DNA from: Gracilinanus agilis
Taxonomy: Eukaryota
Assembly (NCBI RefSeq): GCF_016433145.1
Contig: NC_058131.1
Location: 682,578,594-682,642,593 of the forward strand
Length of the DNA: 64,000 nt
Reading direction: 5' to 3'
This document shows positions 61,549 to 64,000 of this stretch, one piece after another. Position 1 is the first letter of the stretch; the number at the start of each line of letters is the position of its first letter. The notes beneath the pieces were generated by a model that did no database searches, had not been told where the DNA came from, and worked only from the letters and a program-made list of their open reading frames with translations. The translations under genes and the position numbers were made by a program.

Positions 61549-64000
61549 TAGCCAAGATGGCAGAGTACAAAAAGCACATCAGTAGATCTATCCCAACATT
61601 CCCCTTTAAATGATGTTAAAACAACTCCCTTCATTGAGTTCTGGAATATCAACCAAAAAAATTAACAAGAAAGGTCTGTGACACCAGAGTGAAGGTCAGT
61701 CTGGAGTGCAGTACACATGGCAGCAACGCTAACAGCAGGTCTTAGAGGCAGCTGCCACAGAGCAAAATTGGAAGATCTCAGCCCAGAGATGTCAAGGATG
61801 TTGGACAACTGGTCAGAAGGAGATTTCATAATATTTTCTGATACAGGGCAAAGAACTATTATATGTAGCTCCAGGGAACAATTCCATGGTAAAGAGGAGC
61901 ACTAGCTCTTTTAGCTACCAGGGAGCAGGAGCCTTGGGTCACAGTTCCAGAGTGGAGGAGCACTAACATTTTCAGCTGCCTAGTTCCAAGAGCAGTGTTA
62001 GTTGTAGTTGCAGGGAGTCAAGATCCATTACTGAGTAAAGACCAGAGGACAGGCCATGAGAGCTGTGACTACATCTTTCCTTGAATCATACCACCTTGGA
62101 AGTATCAAAAATTTACATAACTTCAGAATTAACTCTGAAAATAGCAACACAAAAACAGGAAGATTGAGACAGTCCCTTCTCCAATCTGGGAGCATAGCCC
62201 AACTTTAACATAAAGTTCAACATAAAAAAAAGTTTAGAAAAATTAGAAAATGACAAAAAAGAGGCTTACCATTAAAAGCTACTTTGGTGACTAGGATGAT
62301 CAAGACATGAATTCATATGAAGAAAACAATGTCAAAATAACTATAAACAAAGTCTTAAAGAAAAAGCATGAATTGAATTTGAGCACACAAAAGAATTCCT
62401 ATGAGAGCTCAAAGAGCATTTTGAAAGTCAAATAAGAGAAAGAAGAATATTGGAGACAGAAATTATAATGATTCAACATAATTGAGTCAAAGACTTGGTC
62501 AAAGAGGTACAAAGAAGTTCTGAAGAAAGTACCATCTTAAAAATTGAATTATCCATGAGATAAAAGAGACACAAAAAGCCTCTGCTGATAAGTCTTTAAA
62601 AAGTTGAATAGCCAAAAATAAAATGAAATACAAAAGCTCAATGAAGAAAATCATTCTTTAAAAATTAGAATTGGGCAATTGGAAGATAATGATTTGATGG
62701 AACACCAGGAAACAATAAAACAAAGTCAAAAGAATGAAAAAATAGAAGAAGTTATGAAATATATCATTAGAAGAATAGCTTCTCTTGAAAATAGATCATG
62801 AGAAAAAAATTTAAGAATTTGGGGACTACCAAAAGCCATGACCAAAGAACAAACCTAGACACCACATTTCAAGAAATTATCAAAGAAAACTGACCAGATA
62901 TGTAAGATCAAGAAGAGAAAAATAGAAACTGGAGGAATCTACCATTTTCCTCCTGGAAGAGATCTTAAAGTGAAAATTTCCAGGAATATAATAGTCTAAT
63001 TCTAGAGCTCTCAAGCCCAAAGAGAAAATATTTTAAGCAGCTGAAAAAAAATAATTCAAATATTATGGAGGCATAGTCACATCACAAAAGACTTATAAAT
63101 TTCTATATTAAAGGAGGAAAGGGCTTGAAATATATAGCAGAAGGCAAGAGAGCTAGGATTATAACCAATAACCTACCCTAAGTATAGTAACTAAGTATAA
63201 TCCTTCTGGGAGAAAATTGATATTAACAGAAATAGTATTCCTGATGAAAAGACCAAAACCAAAGAAAATTTGACTTTCAAATAAAAAACTCAAGAAAAGC
63301 ACATAATGGTAAACATGAAAGAGTAACCATAAGGGTGTCAATAAAGTTAACCTATTTATTAACTCCTAAGAATTTTATCATGTTTAGGGTAACTAAAAGT
63401 AGTTTACATATTCAGAGGGTATGGATATGAGTTAATTATGTTGGAATGAACTGCAAGAAATGAATAAATGAGAAATAGAGATGCACTGGAAGAGGTGGGA
63501 AAGGAAAGGTAAAATACAAAATTCATAAAAGATAATTCACAAAGAAGAACTTTTACAATAGAGGGGAAATGGTGGGGGTTTGGCAGGCAATACCTGAACT
63601 CATTCTCATTAGAATCAGGTCAAAGAAGGAAGAATAAGTATACATGTTTAGAAAAGCATATTATCCTTAAGATTTATAGAAATGCATCTTATCCATTAGG
63701 GAAACAGAAAGGGAAGTGGATAAGAGAAAGGAGGGGGTGATAAAATGGAGGCAGATAAAGGGAGGCTGTGGTAAGAAAAAAGTAGACTTTTGAATATAGA
63801 CAGAATAAAAAGAGAGAAGGAACAGAACTGCAGGAAATGGGGGGAAATGCATAGCCATTATTACTATGAATGCAAATGAGATGGACTCACTCATAAAAAG
63901 GAAGCTGATAGTAGTGGTTTATAATAAACACACTTGAAGCAGTCACACATCGTGTAAAAATCAGGGACTAGAGCAGGATCTACCATGCTTCAGGTGAGGT
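61549..64000 (+). mobile_element. Degraded L1: 5' UTR, ORF1, inter-ORF and start of ORF2 (runs off window end)
   Basis: gccaagatggcagag 5' end; coiled-coil-like ORF1 remnants; ORF2 start ITMNANEMDSLIKRKLIV at about 63860; many stops and frameshifts. Confidence 0.88.

Overview
Marsupial (didelphid/opossum-like, inferred from young SINE1_Mdo-type SINEs, MAR1 CORE-SINEs and BovB/RTE LINEs) AT-rich genomic window containing a class II olfactory-receptor family 13 (OR13A/OR13G-like) cluster, all on the minus strand. It holds four intact single-exon ORs: A 4242-5174 (OR13A1-like), B 21354-22283, C 33713-34642 and E 57378-58304. It also holds one full-length pseudogene (D, 46527-47459) and four OR fragments. 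The rest is a dense repeat landscape (L1, L2, RTE/BovB, MIR/CORE-SINEs, solo LTRs, hAT MITEs, microsatellites) with three assembly gaps. I see no convincing wholly new biological system. The best leads are: (i) a mutually similar homeodomain-centred module upstream of ORs A and C, with a weaker third copy and an adjacent splice donor upstream of B; (ii) an old duplication of a B+C two-gene block with reciprocal gene loss; (iii) two locally templated insertions in pseudogene D; (iv) uORFs between acceptor and ATG in 4 of 5 full-length OR loci; (v) an unexplained open, symmetric candidate exon at 3030-3218. Repeat family names are from recall of consensus sequences, not a database search, and most repeat boundaries without TSDs are approximate.
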